Assembly (NCBI GenBank): GCA_040954595.2
Contig: CM082584.2
Coordinates: forward strand, 11,064,552 to 11,128,551
DNA: 64,000 nt
Origin: Balanoglossus misakiensis
Taxonomy: Eukaryota > Animalia > Hemichordata
Direction: 5' to 3'
The notes beneath the pieces are model-generated. The model had not been told where the DNA came from and did not search any database. It saw only the letters and a list, made by a program, of their open reading frames with translations. Below are positions 34,220 to 46,200 of this stretch, one piece after another; positions within the stretch are counted from its first letter, which is position 1, and each line of letters begins with the position of its first letter. A program made the position numbers and the translations under genes.

Positions 34220-37200
34220 ACAACAACAACAACAAAAAGAACAACAACAGCAACAAGACCAGCAGTATTGCAAAATTGTTCATTCCTTTTCAGTAACCAT
34301 TTAAAAGAATAAAGATTTTACAACATATCAAAAAGATTTTGAATCAAAGAAAAAGTCATTGCTTCACATGCAGACAATTAACTGAATGATGTATCGTATC
34401 ACGATTTTGTCTGTCTGACCAATATTTTCTGCTCATGTTAGATTGTAGGTGCTGATGAGGTGTACCTGTTGATGAAAAAAGAATACCGTATATCTCGGAA
34501 TATACGATCAGCATGGTTCTTCAGTTACCTCAACAAGATCATTCAAGTCAAGTCCGAAGAAGATCTGGTAGGGATTTGTAGTTGCCGTCTGCTCTGCTTT
34601 TCAGATTCTTTTCCCCTGACTGAATGGCTGACTGATTTGCAAGGCATTTCACCATATGGGCTGAAGAAAGACCATAAAACAAAATTGAATAAAAAATTGT
34701 TTTTTCTTCAGATAAAATCAAAAGAGGAGTTGGAAGTGTTGTCAGTCATCACCAGGAGAGAGGGGAAATCACCTGCATCAGAGAAACCATGTAAATATCG
34801 CCTTATTCCGACATCTCACGTCACTTTCCTGGCAAGATGCTACAGATTAGTCTATGTTTTGGATCTAAGTCCTTCCATGTCATGTGTGGTAAGTTCTGTC
34901 TGTGCATTCATTCTGCGATATTTTTGATGTTATATCTTTGTAAAACAAGTTGCCATCTGTCTTTTGTTTCAAGCAAGTCTTTTCTTTTTAAATACGGTAC
35001 TTTGCAGCTCTTCTATATTCTGTTGACAATTTTTTGTTGTTCTTTTTTCCCTAGGATATTTTGTCTGGTCAAGTTAGCTATGATGAAGTCTTTTCACATT
35101 TTAGAAACTGCCTGCTTGGTCTCATCAAACCAGTGAGTATTGTCCAGTTCTGTTACTGTAACTTTCAGCTGTGTTGTTAGAACGAAAATGCGGATAAAAT
35201 AGCAAAAAGCAAAAGTTTCAGCTAACGGCTCATTGATAAGATTGGGTCAAACACCCTTGCAGATATTGAATGTCAACTTCCATTCAATCAAGTCACATGC
35301 AGAACCTTTGGAGTGAAATGTAAAATCTCTTTTCATTTAGAGTGTTTGTTGTTTTTCTTGCTGCAATCAGTTTACAGTTCCCGGTAGCAGTCTGTTGCTC
35401 TCACCACAGATCTATGTAACAGTAGTGGCCTACACACCATTGATGTCTTTGCATACACAGCAGGTAGGTCTCACTATAACTTCCGCATCCCTGTTCACAA
35501 AAATGATATCACAGTATTTGTGATGGCTATTGAGAATCATCACATCTGAAAATTCAAGCTTCTTGCCAAATTTATATCTTCAAATACAAGAAACTTTGAC
35601 AAACAGGTTCTTGTGTGAATCATATGGTTGGTTGAGTACTGCAGTCCTATTTCTCAGTAGACTGGATTAAATTTAAACCACTTGCATGAACAGTAAATTG
35701 TCATGTGATGGGAGATGTTGACTCAAAATCTGTTTTGTTAACCCAACCAGGTGATTGTGCAGGGTTGTCTCATCACTAAAGACAATATTAACGCTCTGCT
35801 GGAGAAAGTGCAAGCTGATCTGGATCAGTTTGAAACTTGTCTCTATGAAGGTGAGTGTCGCCCCCAGCATCAGAAATTCTAGTAGTAATCAACATGTAAC
35901 GTGCTTGTTCGTGTTGATGTGTGTGTGTTGATGTCTGGGTTTGAATCCTGTAATATACAAGTCGATTTTTCCCATCTACAGCGTCAATGGAGAGCGTGGG
36001 AATCAACCCGCATCTGGCAGAAGTTGACCAACTGACCGGGGGTTTGTTTGACAACATCATAGAGAAGCAGTCCAGGAACACCGTGAGTTCAGCTGTCATG
36101 GCAGCGCCCGAAAACGGCCTGGTGGATATGCTCAGATATGGCATACTGGCACTGCAGTTACTGCCCGACAACACTAGTGCAGGTGAGTGAACTGCTACAG
36201 ATTGTCTCTTATTCAGAATTCTCAGAACAACAGTTGACAGAAGAAGACATTCATGTGACCATGAAGGTAAGAGTCTTGTGAATTTGTTTCAGAGGTACAT
36301 GGAATGCTCATTTTTAACATTTCACATCTCTTCTAACGTGCAGGCATTATCGTGATCACCGATGGAATCACGGGACTCCCTGACATGGCCATTGCTGACA
36401 ACTTACTGTCAGAACTCAGGAAGAACACCATTGCCTGCTCATTCATTCAAGTTGGCCGGGGATATCACCCCCACTGTTGCTTTGGCAACGTGCCCCATGT
36501 TGAACTCATGCAGGCTGTTGCCATCGCTACCTTCGGTGCTTTCCTCACAAAATGTCCCAACTTGGTGAGTATCATCGCAAGTTTGGTTTAAATTACCTTT
36601 CAACTTCTGTCCTGGATAAATATCTGATGTTGCCTCTACTCAATTTTCTCTGCAGGAAGAGGACAAATCCACAGCAATGAATTTATACCACAGAGCCTTC
36701 TTTTCATGGAACTTTCAGAAGGGTCTGGATGGAATCAAGATTGATCACATCAAAGGTATGCTTGGACAACTTTACGTCATCTTAAATCACTCAGGCTTAT
36801 TTTTTCCTTTTCATTTACAGATGCCGCAGCTTTATAGCTACATGTATGTAAGGTGTATTGAGCAACGTATTCGTAGCATGCGCACACTGGCCAAGCTCTT
36901 GTGCTGTGCACCAAATGCATCAAAATATATTGTCAAAATTTCATATGTGTCATGCAGTGATATCATTACAGATTTTCTCTAGAAAATTTTACTTTTATTT
37001 TTTCACCAGCCTATAAGAGTGAAAAAATAGTAATTTAAGGTAAACATATGAACAGATTGCGTGTGTTTGAGAGAAGAGGTGAGAGGGAGAGAAAGAGAGA
37101 GAGAGAGAGAGATGTTAACATGAGAACATGTTTATCACTGCTTTCTCCTTTTGTAGTCACAGCTTTACCATGCAGTGAAAATATATTTGCCATACTGCTG

Positions 37201-40200
37201 TTGCAGTACCGATGGCCATTGTTATCGCTTCACTCAATGGTTTCAAGATATCGCCTTTCAATCTATATGTGTACTGTCTTGTCTTCCATTGGACTTGTGA
37301 TGTTGTTTGTCTTTGTCTCTGTTAGTCATCCTGTTCTCAATAAAGGTCATCCCCTCGTTGTGTGTTCTTGTAACTTTCTCCTTGTTTACACCAAGCATGT
37401 TGGCATAGCAATCCCTGCCACTTTTTCGAGTCACTTCTATCAGTTTCCATTTTTCTCGTACTCTCTGCATACACATATACACACTATCTCTTTCTTACAG
37501 TAAATTGTGCTCTCCTCTTAATCATTACCCAACTTCTACCGTTTACCCTTCAGAGAATGTTTGGTTACAATTTTCTGGTAAGTGCGCAATTCAATATGTG
37601 TCCACGAGCTCGAGTAGCATGATCAAGATATCATCTAGAAAAAAAAGCATCAACTCAAAAGCCATCCTTCCACCCCTCCCAACTTCTGTACAAAGGTCTA
37701 ACCGTATTGTTTTGAATAGTGTGGTTTGAACCATTGTTGGAAGAGGAGGGGTAGAAGGATTAAAATGCATGTCTGGGCAGTTTGAATTTGGCACCCGCAT
37801 TCATGCGTAAAATTCTGAAAGGTCATTATTTTTTTCTAATCTGCAGTAACAAGAAACAAACTTGCTGCTTTGTGCAATTGTAGTGATCTGTTCTGAAATG
37901 TTAAAACTTCTGTAGTTTGTGCAAATCACTGGCTCTTGCAAGTACACGCGGTGACGCCTGTGCATTCCGCATCTCTCTGATCTGTAAATTCTTAATTCAG
38001 TCACGCTGTCAGCTAATAAAGCCTGCCATGCTTTAAGAATGCATTTCACACTGAAAGTAAAATTTAAAGAGGATCTAGTTTGTCCTAAATAAAAAAAGAG
38101 CTCACGCAATTCCACTGTCTTCACTGTGTACTCAGTTGTTGAATTTTGATTTCATCTCTGCATGTACTGTTACCGTAAAACTTGTGTGTACATTGGTTCT
38201 TCTACCTGCAACACCCTCGGGCATAGCTGTGTGTAAAACTTCCACAACCAGTTCTGCTGGGGTTTGTACTGTTGCAATACATATGTGTACAGTCTCAACC
38301 TCTGTGAGCGTTGCTCCTCATCTTTCCAATTATATGTTATTACCGATACCCCCTCCCCTTCCCACCCCAACGTTGAATGAGTGTCATTTGTGGTGGGGGG
38401 CAGTCCATATCTGGGGTTGGCAGAGAGAAAAAAAGATTGTCACTGGGAGCCTTGATATGTGGCATGTTATAAAACAGTTTTGAGATGTTTTTGTTTGTGG
38501 AACTTTGCAATGATTTGAAATGGGTGACTGTGTGTGCTGGTGAAGCTTCGTGTGAAAAGCAATGCAGATTTAACATGCCTTGATTTAATAACAGATATAT
38601 GAAGAAAAGAGAATCCTGCTTATACGGAACAGTCACTGAAACGCCCACACACACAATATACATGTACATATATGAATATACCAATAGCACATACACACAC
38701 AACTTGAGGTTTCACAAAACCAAGGGACTTTATCCACAAAACACCCACAGATTTACAAATGTAGCATATCATATACACATTTTCTCATTTTCTACCAGTT
38801 TCTTGTCCATGTCATGATATCAGCACATCCACTGTACTGCAGAGCTATGTCTGTCATCTCCACCAAAAAAGACAAAACGACATGTGACAACACAACATAG
38901 AAATTTGGATAACTGGCTGTTTTTGTGTGTTTTTCTTGAAGGCCGACAACATGAGGTGATTTCAGCCGAAAAGGGATGGCAGTCAGACAGGTACAGTATG
39001 TCTTTTATCTCCATTAGCAGACAGAGGTTGAACAGAGGTCGTGACATATGTGATTAACACGGAGCATGTTCATCTCTGGATTGTTTCCACAGCATCACAC
39101 CATCATTTGTACTGGACAAGCACGGCGTCTGTGCAATACCCATGATCAGGAAGAAGCACACAGAGACCAACCTTCACACCTCCATCTTCAACGTGATGTC
39201 TCTCAGACTACGTGAGGGGTACACCATCAAGGATGTGGCTCTCACCAAATGTAGGCTTATCTTGCCCTGTTCTCATTGTGCTTCTTTAGATGTTGGTTTT
39301 CTAGATCTTCTGTGCAGTGTGTCAGATAGAATGATTCATAGGTTGGTTTGTTGATTGATTTATTGGTTGATTGATTGATTGATTGATTGATTTCATTTCA
39401 TTTTCAGCTGAGACCCAGTTGGAAGTGAGGCTGGCGTTGCCATGGAGACACAATGTCCGGATTGAATATCTTGCCTCATCACCCTGGCCAGTGACACCTG
39501 CAAAGTGAGTAACCATCATCTCACATGATTGTGTCAAACAGAGAATGGACACATAAATTTCCATGGAAATGAACAAATATGCACATATTACCAGTGGCAG
39601 TCAAATTCCAATGATATCAAAGGTTAATTTTGAAATTCTTGTGTTTTTTTAAGGAGGAATACCCACATTGAAGTTACCATAGAAGGGAACTATGAGTTTC
39701 TCCATGATGTGACGTGTGCCTCAATGAAACCAATGTTCAAGAGCGTCTACAGAACCATCATGGTCAAGAGATTCTGGCAAACACTACAGAACATATCCCA
39801 GACGGACACCATGTTGGTGCATCTCATGTCCTTCGCTGCAAACCCGGCATATTACACCATCCCGGACAGCATCAAGAAAGGCGTTCCGTTGTTTTACCTG
39901 CCGCCAAACTCCGGGACTCCAGTGCTGGTTGAGTACGCAAGTGCCAAGTAAGTACAGGCTATGCCACACCTCAATAATATTGTACTGTAATTCATTATGC
40001 TATTGACCAATGACCTCAGGAACAAGAGGCTTAATCAGTCATCCTTATTTATTTTGTCTGCAGAGAGACAGGACTGAGTCAGTTTGCTTCCTATTGGAAA
40101 CCCATCATCTTGATGGACATCAATGTATGGTATGTATCATTCAATTTTACTCCTTTTTGTGAAATTTGAAGTGTAGCCAGACATATATGTTTTTAGTTTC

Positions 40201-43200
40201 TTTCTCAATTGTAAGGCTAAATTTGCATGACTGTATTGTTACATGATACACATTGAATTCACCTTTTTTTAATCAACAGGCAAAAGTGGCTGCACACACA
40301 CAGGATTGGACTTATTCTTGTTCATGACATGTAAGTTGCAAAATGTATAGAATCTGGAAGAAAACTGAAACTAAGATGTGCTTAATGTGCTGGATATATT
40401 CAGAGAGGGTGGTATGATACAAAATATGCCAATGTTTTTCACACACATTTGAAGGAACAAATATTTTTCCACTTTTCAGGCCACTACCCAAGAACTTGCA
40501 CTCTCCTAACCAGAGTGGAAGATATCATACAATAATGTGCAGAGTTGCTTTGAGTGAGCTCAACTCGCTCCTCAGGGAATGGAGCACATTCGTACTCATG
40601 GAGAATCATTCCTACGTCAAGCTACTCTTCAGGTGAGTGACGAATATTGATCTCTCCTATGTGGATGTATGCGTAAATTTCACCGTATAAACTTGAATGT
40701 AACTTGATTTCATCATTTTACACTACAGCGACAAAGACGGCCCTCCCACATCATTCTACATCCTGAGAGTGACCTCGAAACCTCCCTGTATGGTGCTTAG
40801 ATTTGCCTTCCTAGGTGGTACTCCAGGTTGTGAACGCAATGAGGTAAGGAACTCTATAGAATATTTCTTGTAAGGTTAATTTTGGCCAGTTGCACAGCCA
40901 GTACACGTTTATCACAAGCACCATCTCTCTCCTGTGTCACAGATCGTGTCTGCCATGAAGGAGAAACTGCTAAGGCTGACGTTTCCCCAGAGGGCAGTGC
41001 AACAGGACCAGAAGCAGACTCCGACCACCCTGGGGTCAAAGAAACAGGTGTCCATCTCCACACCATCCTCTAAAACCAACCGGCCGACGTTACAGAGAAG
41101 CGTGTCGGAGAAGCCTTGTATCGTACTGCTGCATAAACCAGTTGAGAAGATTCTTATCCGGTAAGAGACATGAGTTTTTAATGGTATGGTTGGAGAAGTT
41201 TACAAGGAAATTGAGTTATAGGGTTAAAAGTGCACAGTCACAATAAAGCACCTGACGCCTTGGATTTTGCTGATCTGGCCAATCACACATTTTCATATGA
41301 AACAGCTTTATTACCACAAGATCAAGAGAACACCAACACTCCATTTAGCCATAAATTGATATCTTTTTATCAAAGGAGAATGCCTACTTTGAAGGATCGC
41401 AACAGTTTATCTGTAGAAGTTTACAGACAGGACATAAATGTGACATTTTGTCTATGCTTGCATCTTCCCTTCGCCAGATACAACCGAGTACCTGCAGACT
41501 TCACTGCCGTGCATGCACAGCAACAACTGGAGCAATCGTCGTCCTCCCATCTAGCGACGGCTGGCAAGACGAGCACCCGAGCAGCAATGACAATGTTCAA
41601 CACGCTCTCCAAGTACATGTACCACCAGAGATGGATTTGGTCAACCCACACAGGTGGCCCACTGCAGATCTCAATGCAGGCGGTGACCAAGATACTCCAT
41701 ACACTCACAAAGTAGGTGCTATTGTTAATACTGTGGGCCTCTGTATCCTATATATCGCTGAGCAGTAGCATGCAATGGTGAATCTTTTCTTTTAACTAAT
41801 TTTTTTGTCTTCCCACACAGAGTTCGACTTGCAGAAGGTTTCAATTTTGCCAACTGTAATTCAGGGATTGTTTCTTTCCTTGCTGAAATTGAAATGAAGG
41901 TATGTTATCAGTCATAATTGTCTGGTCAAGGACATGGTCATAATAGTCTTTTCCAAGTGGGAATATAGATTCAGCTACATGGAAATCATATAGTAGTTTT
42001 TCAGGAAGTAAGTAAGGCACAGAAGGGATGGGATATTATTTTTGAAAAAACAAATAAGCACTACCTGTAACTGCTGATTGGAGAGACGAGACTACTATGT
42101 TTGAGACACAAACATCTGAATCTGACTCCAGTTGATATAGAGCTTGATTATTTTCAGAAACAAAATTAATGTTCAATCAATGTTCTCTCCTTTCTTGCCA
42201 ATGCACAGGACCTGTGGAATTTTAACGTAAGACACATAGCCAGCAACAAAACCACCCCTCATGTTATCATTTGTTACCCCCTTTTGAGCTAGAATTAGGT
42301 TCAAGTTCCTACCATTATGTATTTTGTCATATTTTGGTTGTAATCCCTGTTTTGTTTGTTTCTTCTCCAGAAATATCACTGTTGTTGTTGTTTTGTTACA
42401 GTTTATTTTATGGGAATGATAATAGACATGCATGTCAAACCCAACCATTTTTCAGTATTATCTCTCCTCCTTTGGTTTATTTTTCCCCCGTCTCTTATTT
42501 ATATCTCTAGATGTATGGAGCAATTTGAGACAAACCTTGCATGCAATATATAAGCGTTCCTCTGTTGTTATATATAGTTAGTACATGTATAAATACCAAT
42601 TGATGTTTCCATTAAAGTGGCATTGCCCTTCTGAAAGATTTATGGAACACTCTGTCAGATCCATTGGTACAATTGGACTTGTTGTTTATGCACAATTTTC
42701 AGTTGAAAACAGAGTCAGACTAATCAAAGCCAGTTAGCAAAACTTGTCGTACATCATCCAGTCTGCCTATGGAAAAGTGAAAAGTCATACTTTCATGATA
42801 TTTTAAAGGCATGGTTACACTCTTCTTGTGTCAGTTGTTGATTCCATGTTTTATTGAAATACAGACCTCGCCCACCAAGATGGCGGCCATCAGAAACTGT
42901 GGAAGCAAGGATGAGGTGGAAGATACTGAGAAGAAGCTCGATGAGGAAGAAGAGTATGTCTGTGTGGTACAGTACATCATGTTTCCTCCACACCCCACAT
43001 CAACTAGAGAAAGGTAAATATTGCACAATCTGCAAAGTCCGTTTCAATGCTGAGTTCGTTCAGTTTACGGTGGGCTTGGCAAAAAGAAGTATAAATAATT
43101 GTCTGCTTTGTTCCAACGTCACACGTAAATCAATTCGTTTCTAAAATTGTGATTTTTTGTTTTTTTAGCTTGAGTTCTGATGAAGTGGAGGTGGAGTTTG

Positions 43201-46200
43201 AATCTGCGGAAGCTGATGGGGAGCTGGAGATCGCCACCGAATGTTGGATTGAGCCTCAGAGTGGTGTTGTCTTTAATTCACCCGAGGAGAGAGCTTACAT
43301 CGATGGACTTGGCTACAAACAGGTGGCCCAGGCTGTGAGTATAATTTGCATTGTTAATTAATGCCAGAGTGTTGTTCATAGTCAATGTTACATTTTTGTA
43401 TTTCTGTAATGAAGTGCTCAAGTGAAAGATGTGTGATTGCTTTGAGTCACAGATATCATTTTGAGATTTTGAGATTCTTTTTCTCCTTTAGGTGCTTCCA
43501 ATTGACCAGGAAATTGTCTCAGTCATGCTGACGTACGAGTACTTGCGTATGATGTGCAATAATGTGATAGTCTGTTCACCTGAGGAGTGGAACACACAGT
43601 CAGCAGCGAGCAGTGTGAAAGAATCCGACCACGAGACATTCGCTTGCCGTGAGACCACAATACATAAGATGCCCTTTGACTTTGACGTGACTAGACTTCT
43701 TCCGAAGTGCCAGCAGGTTGAGATGCTCTTTTCTACATTCTCAGAAGGTGGGTGTTAATTTCTCCTTTAATTTAACCTTCCTTTAATTAAGCTCCACCCA
43801 CGATTAGGTGCCAGACAGACAAGATTTTCCAATTTTTATCCTTTGATAAGGGAAGAGGAGTATCCCTAATATCCTGGACAAGTTTGCATGGACTTTTTGA
43901 TGAATGTTGAATCTCTCTCTCCTATCAGAAGAACCAGGAGCACCATCACTGTCAGACAACAGAGAAGAAGGTGAGGAAACTAGAACCACCAACAGTAATA
44001 CTGCCAATGAAATCTTGTTTAATCTCCTTCATGAATTACTGGAGGAATTACACAACCGTGAGGTCACCCTGTCGGACAAAGATTGCAGAAAGTTTGCTCA
44101 GCTGGTGCTGCAAAGGGACAGAAAGAACAGGAAGCCTGTCTTTGAAGCGCCCGAAGAAGACGCAGTAGACGCTGAAGACAAGCAGTCACTGAACGAGACG
44201 AAGACATCGCTCAACAGCAGCAGAGGGTTGCTGTTCTCATTGCCCGGTCAGGAACAGCGGACTGGAGAGTGGTCCGACTCGCAGCAGAGCTCGACGAAAG
44301 ACGCATCGCAGAGGTCGGAGCAGCTGAAGGCGGAGCTGGGACGCTGCTCTCGTCTGCCCAGGTGGGCGTGCTACGTGAGGAACGTCGATCACGCCAGCAG
44401 GATGCAACTCACGTTCATGCCGGCCAGTTACGAGGACCTGAAGAAGCTGATGAAGAAGACGGAGACAAAGTCTGCTGTAAAACAATCAGACAAGGCCGAG
44501 GATGATGCGAATGTTGAAAAGCCTGCTCAGGAGAGTCAAGAAAAACCCGATCAGGTGAAGACAGTTTTCAGGAAAACAGAGAGTAAGCCAACGTTGTTGT
44601 CTCCACGAGACAACAAACTTGAATTTCAGGACTTTGATACCAGGCGCATGAGGAGAGCGTCTGGAAGTGATAGGTTCGGCGACCCGGGTCGCCCTGGTTA
44701 CAAGAGATCCAAGAGCATTGACCGGAGGACCAGCCAAGGTACAGACTCCTTCAGTAGTAATGCCCTAACACTGCCAATCTACGTCTACGACTGCGTCTAC
44801 AACTCCATGACAAGCCAGCTGGTGAACAGAGACGCCACCGTCACTCTGGTGCCAGACGACATCTTCCAGGATCTGCGATTCTTCTACGAGGAGGCGAGCT
44901 CGAACGTAGAGGCGGAGGCGAGCGAAGGGAAGGAGAGCAGCGAGAAGGAAAGGCCAAGTCCCCGGTACGGCTACGACAGGAGACAGTCATGCAGCCTCAG
45001 CGCTCAGAATATACAGCTCGCGACGCACCTCAACACCCTATCGGACACCTTCCAGCGCTGCTTTGTGTCTGGTCTCTACAAGAGCCTCTGTACAAGTCAG
45101 TTTGTGGCTTGCAATGATGTGCAGCTTGCAGTGGACAAAGTATGTGAAGAGTCCTTGCTGGAAATCGATATAACTAGTTTCCTGGAGTCGGTGTGTGGAC
45201 ATGTGACAGCCTTCAGTGAGAAGGTAAATGAGGATGATTCACCCTATTGTTGGATTGTTATGTATTTTGATATTAAGGTGATGTGACAAAAATAACCATT
45301 ATTTCATTGATATCGCTGTCTTTTCAGGTCAACATGGAAGAACACGCCATGGAGACATTGCAGAGAACGACCAGACTGACTGGTAAAGTTGAACAAGACT
45401 CAAAGGACAATAAAAGTGTTGCCACAAGGTAACCTTATAAATGAAGTCAATAGATCTTAATTTGCCATGGTAACTGCAGCTATATATATTTGCATAGGTG
45501 ACCGTATACCTTTAATCTTCTGCCTTCTTTAATTTGAAATTTCTGTCTTCATTTCAGTTTGGAGGGTGACAATTTATCGGCCACCGAATCGGCAATCCCA
45601 CCTCAAGCAAGCAAGAAACCAGTGTGTAGGTTCCCACTGTCGGCTCTGGACGACACCAGGACGTGTGAAGCAGAGCCAAAGCTGCATGAATTCATCCGCA
45701 ACAAGTTCCATGAGATCTGGGGACAGTATTTCAAAGCGGTGCCTTCCAGTGAAGACATCTACTACTATGATCCTCCCACAAAAGAATCTGAGCTGCTGGT
45801 ATGTAACATGTTATTTAGTCTAAACAGAGTTTCCTATAATCCCCTTCTTTCTCCATCTCTCTGTCTGTAATCATGTCGTCATCACGTGTAAAGTTTTGAT
45901 TATTAAAAAGTTTTTTTGACTGCAATGTAGGCTGAAGAAGGTGAAATGGATGATGATGGTGTTTTCAACGACGCCGTTGGGGATTCAAGCACATCTGATA
46001 TTGATGGAAGAAAAAGACATCCGTCTGACAAAGAAACAGGTACAGACAGGACTTATACACTTCTGTATATGGTATGACAAATCATTTTTATGTTTTTATT
46101 TTTATGGCTGTGATATGTCAACTTCTTATTGTGTTATGTATTTCAGACACCATGCAGCACGTTACCAGCGTTCCGAGTGACACCCACATTGAGTTTGTGA

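Noticed and set aside
33674-34312. 212-aa poly-Ser ORF and antisense poly-Met ORF
   Set aside because: Artefacts of the (TCA)n microsatellite inside SZT2 intron 1.
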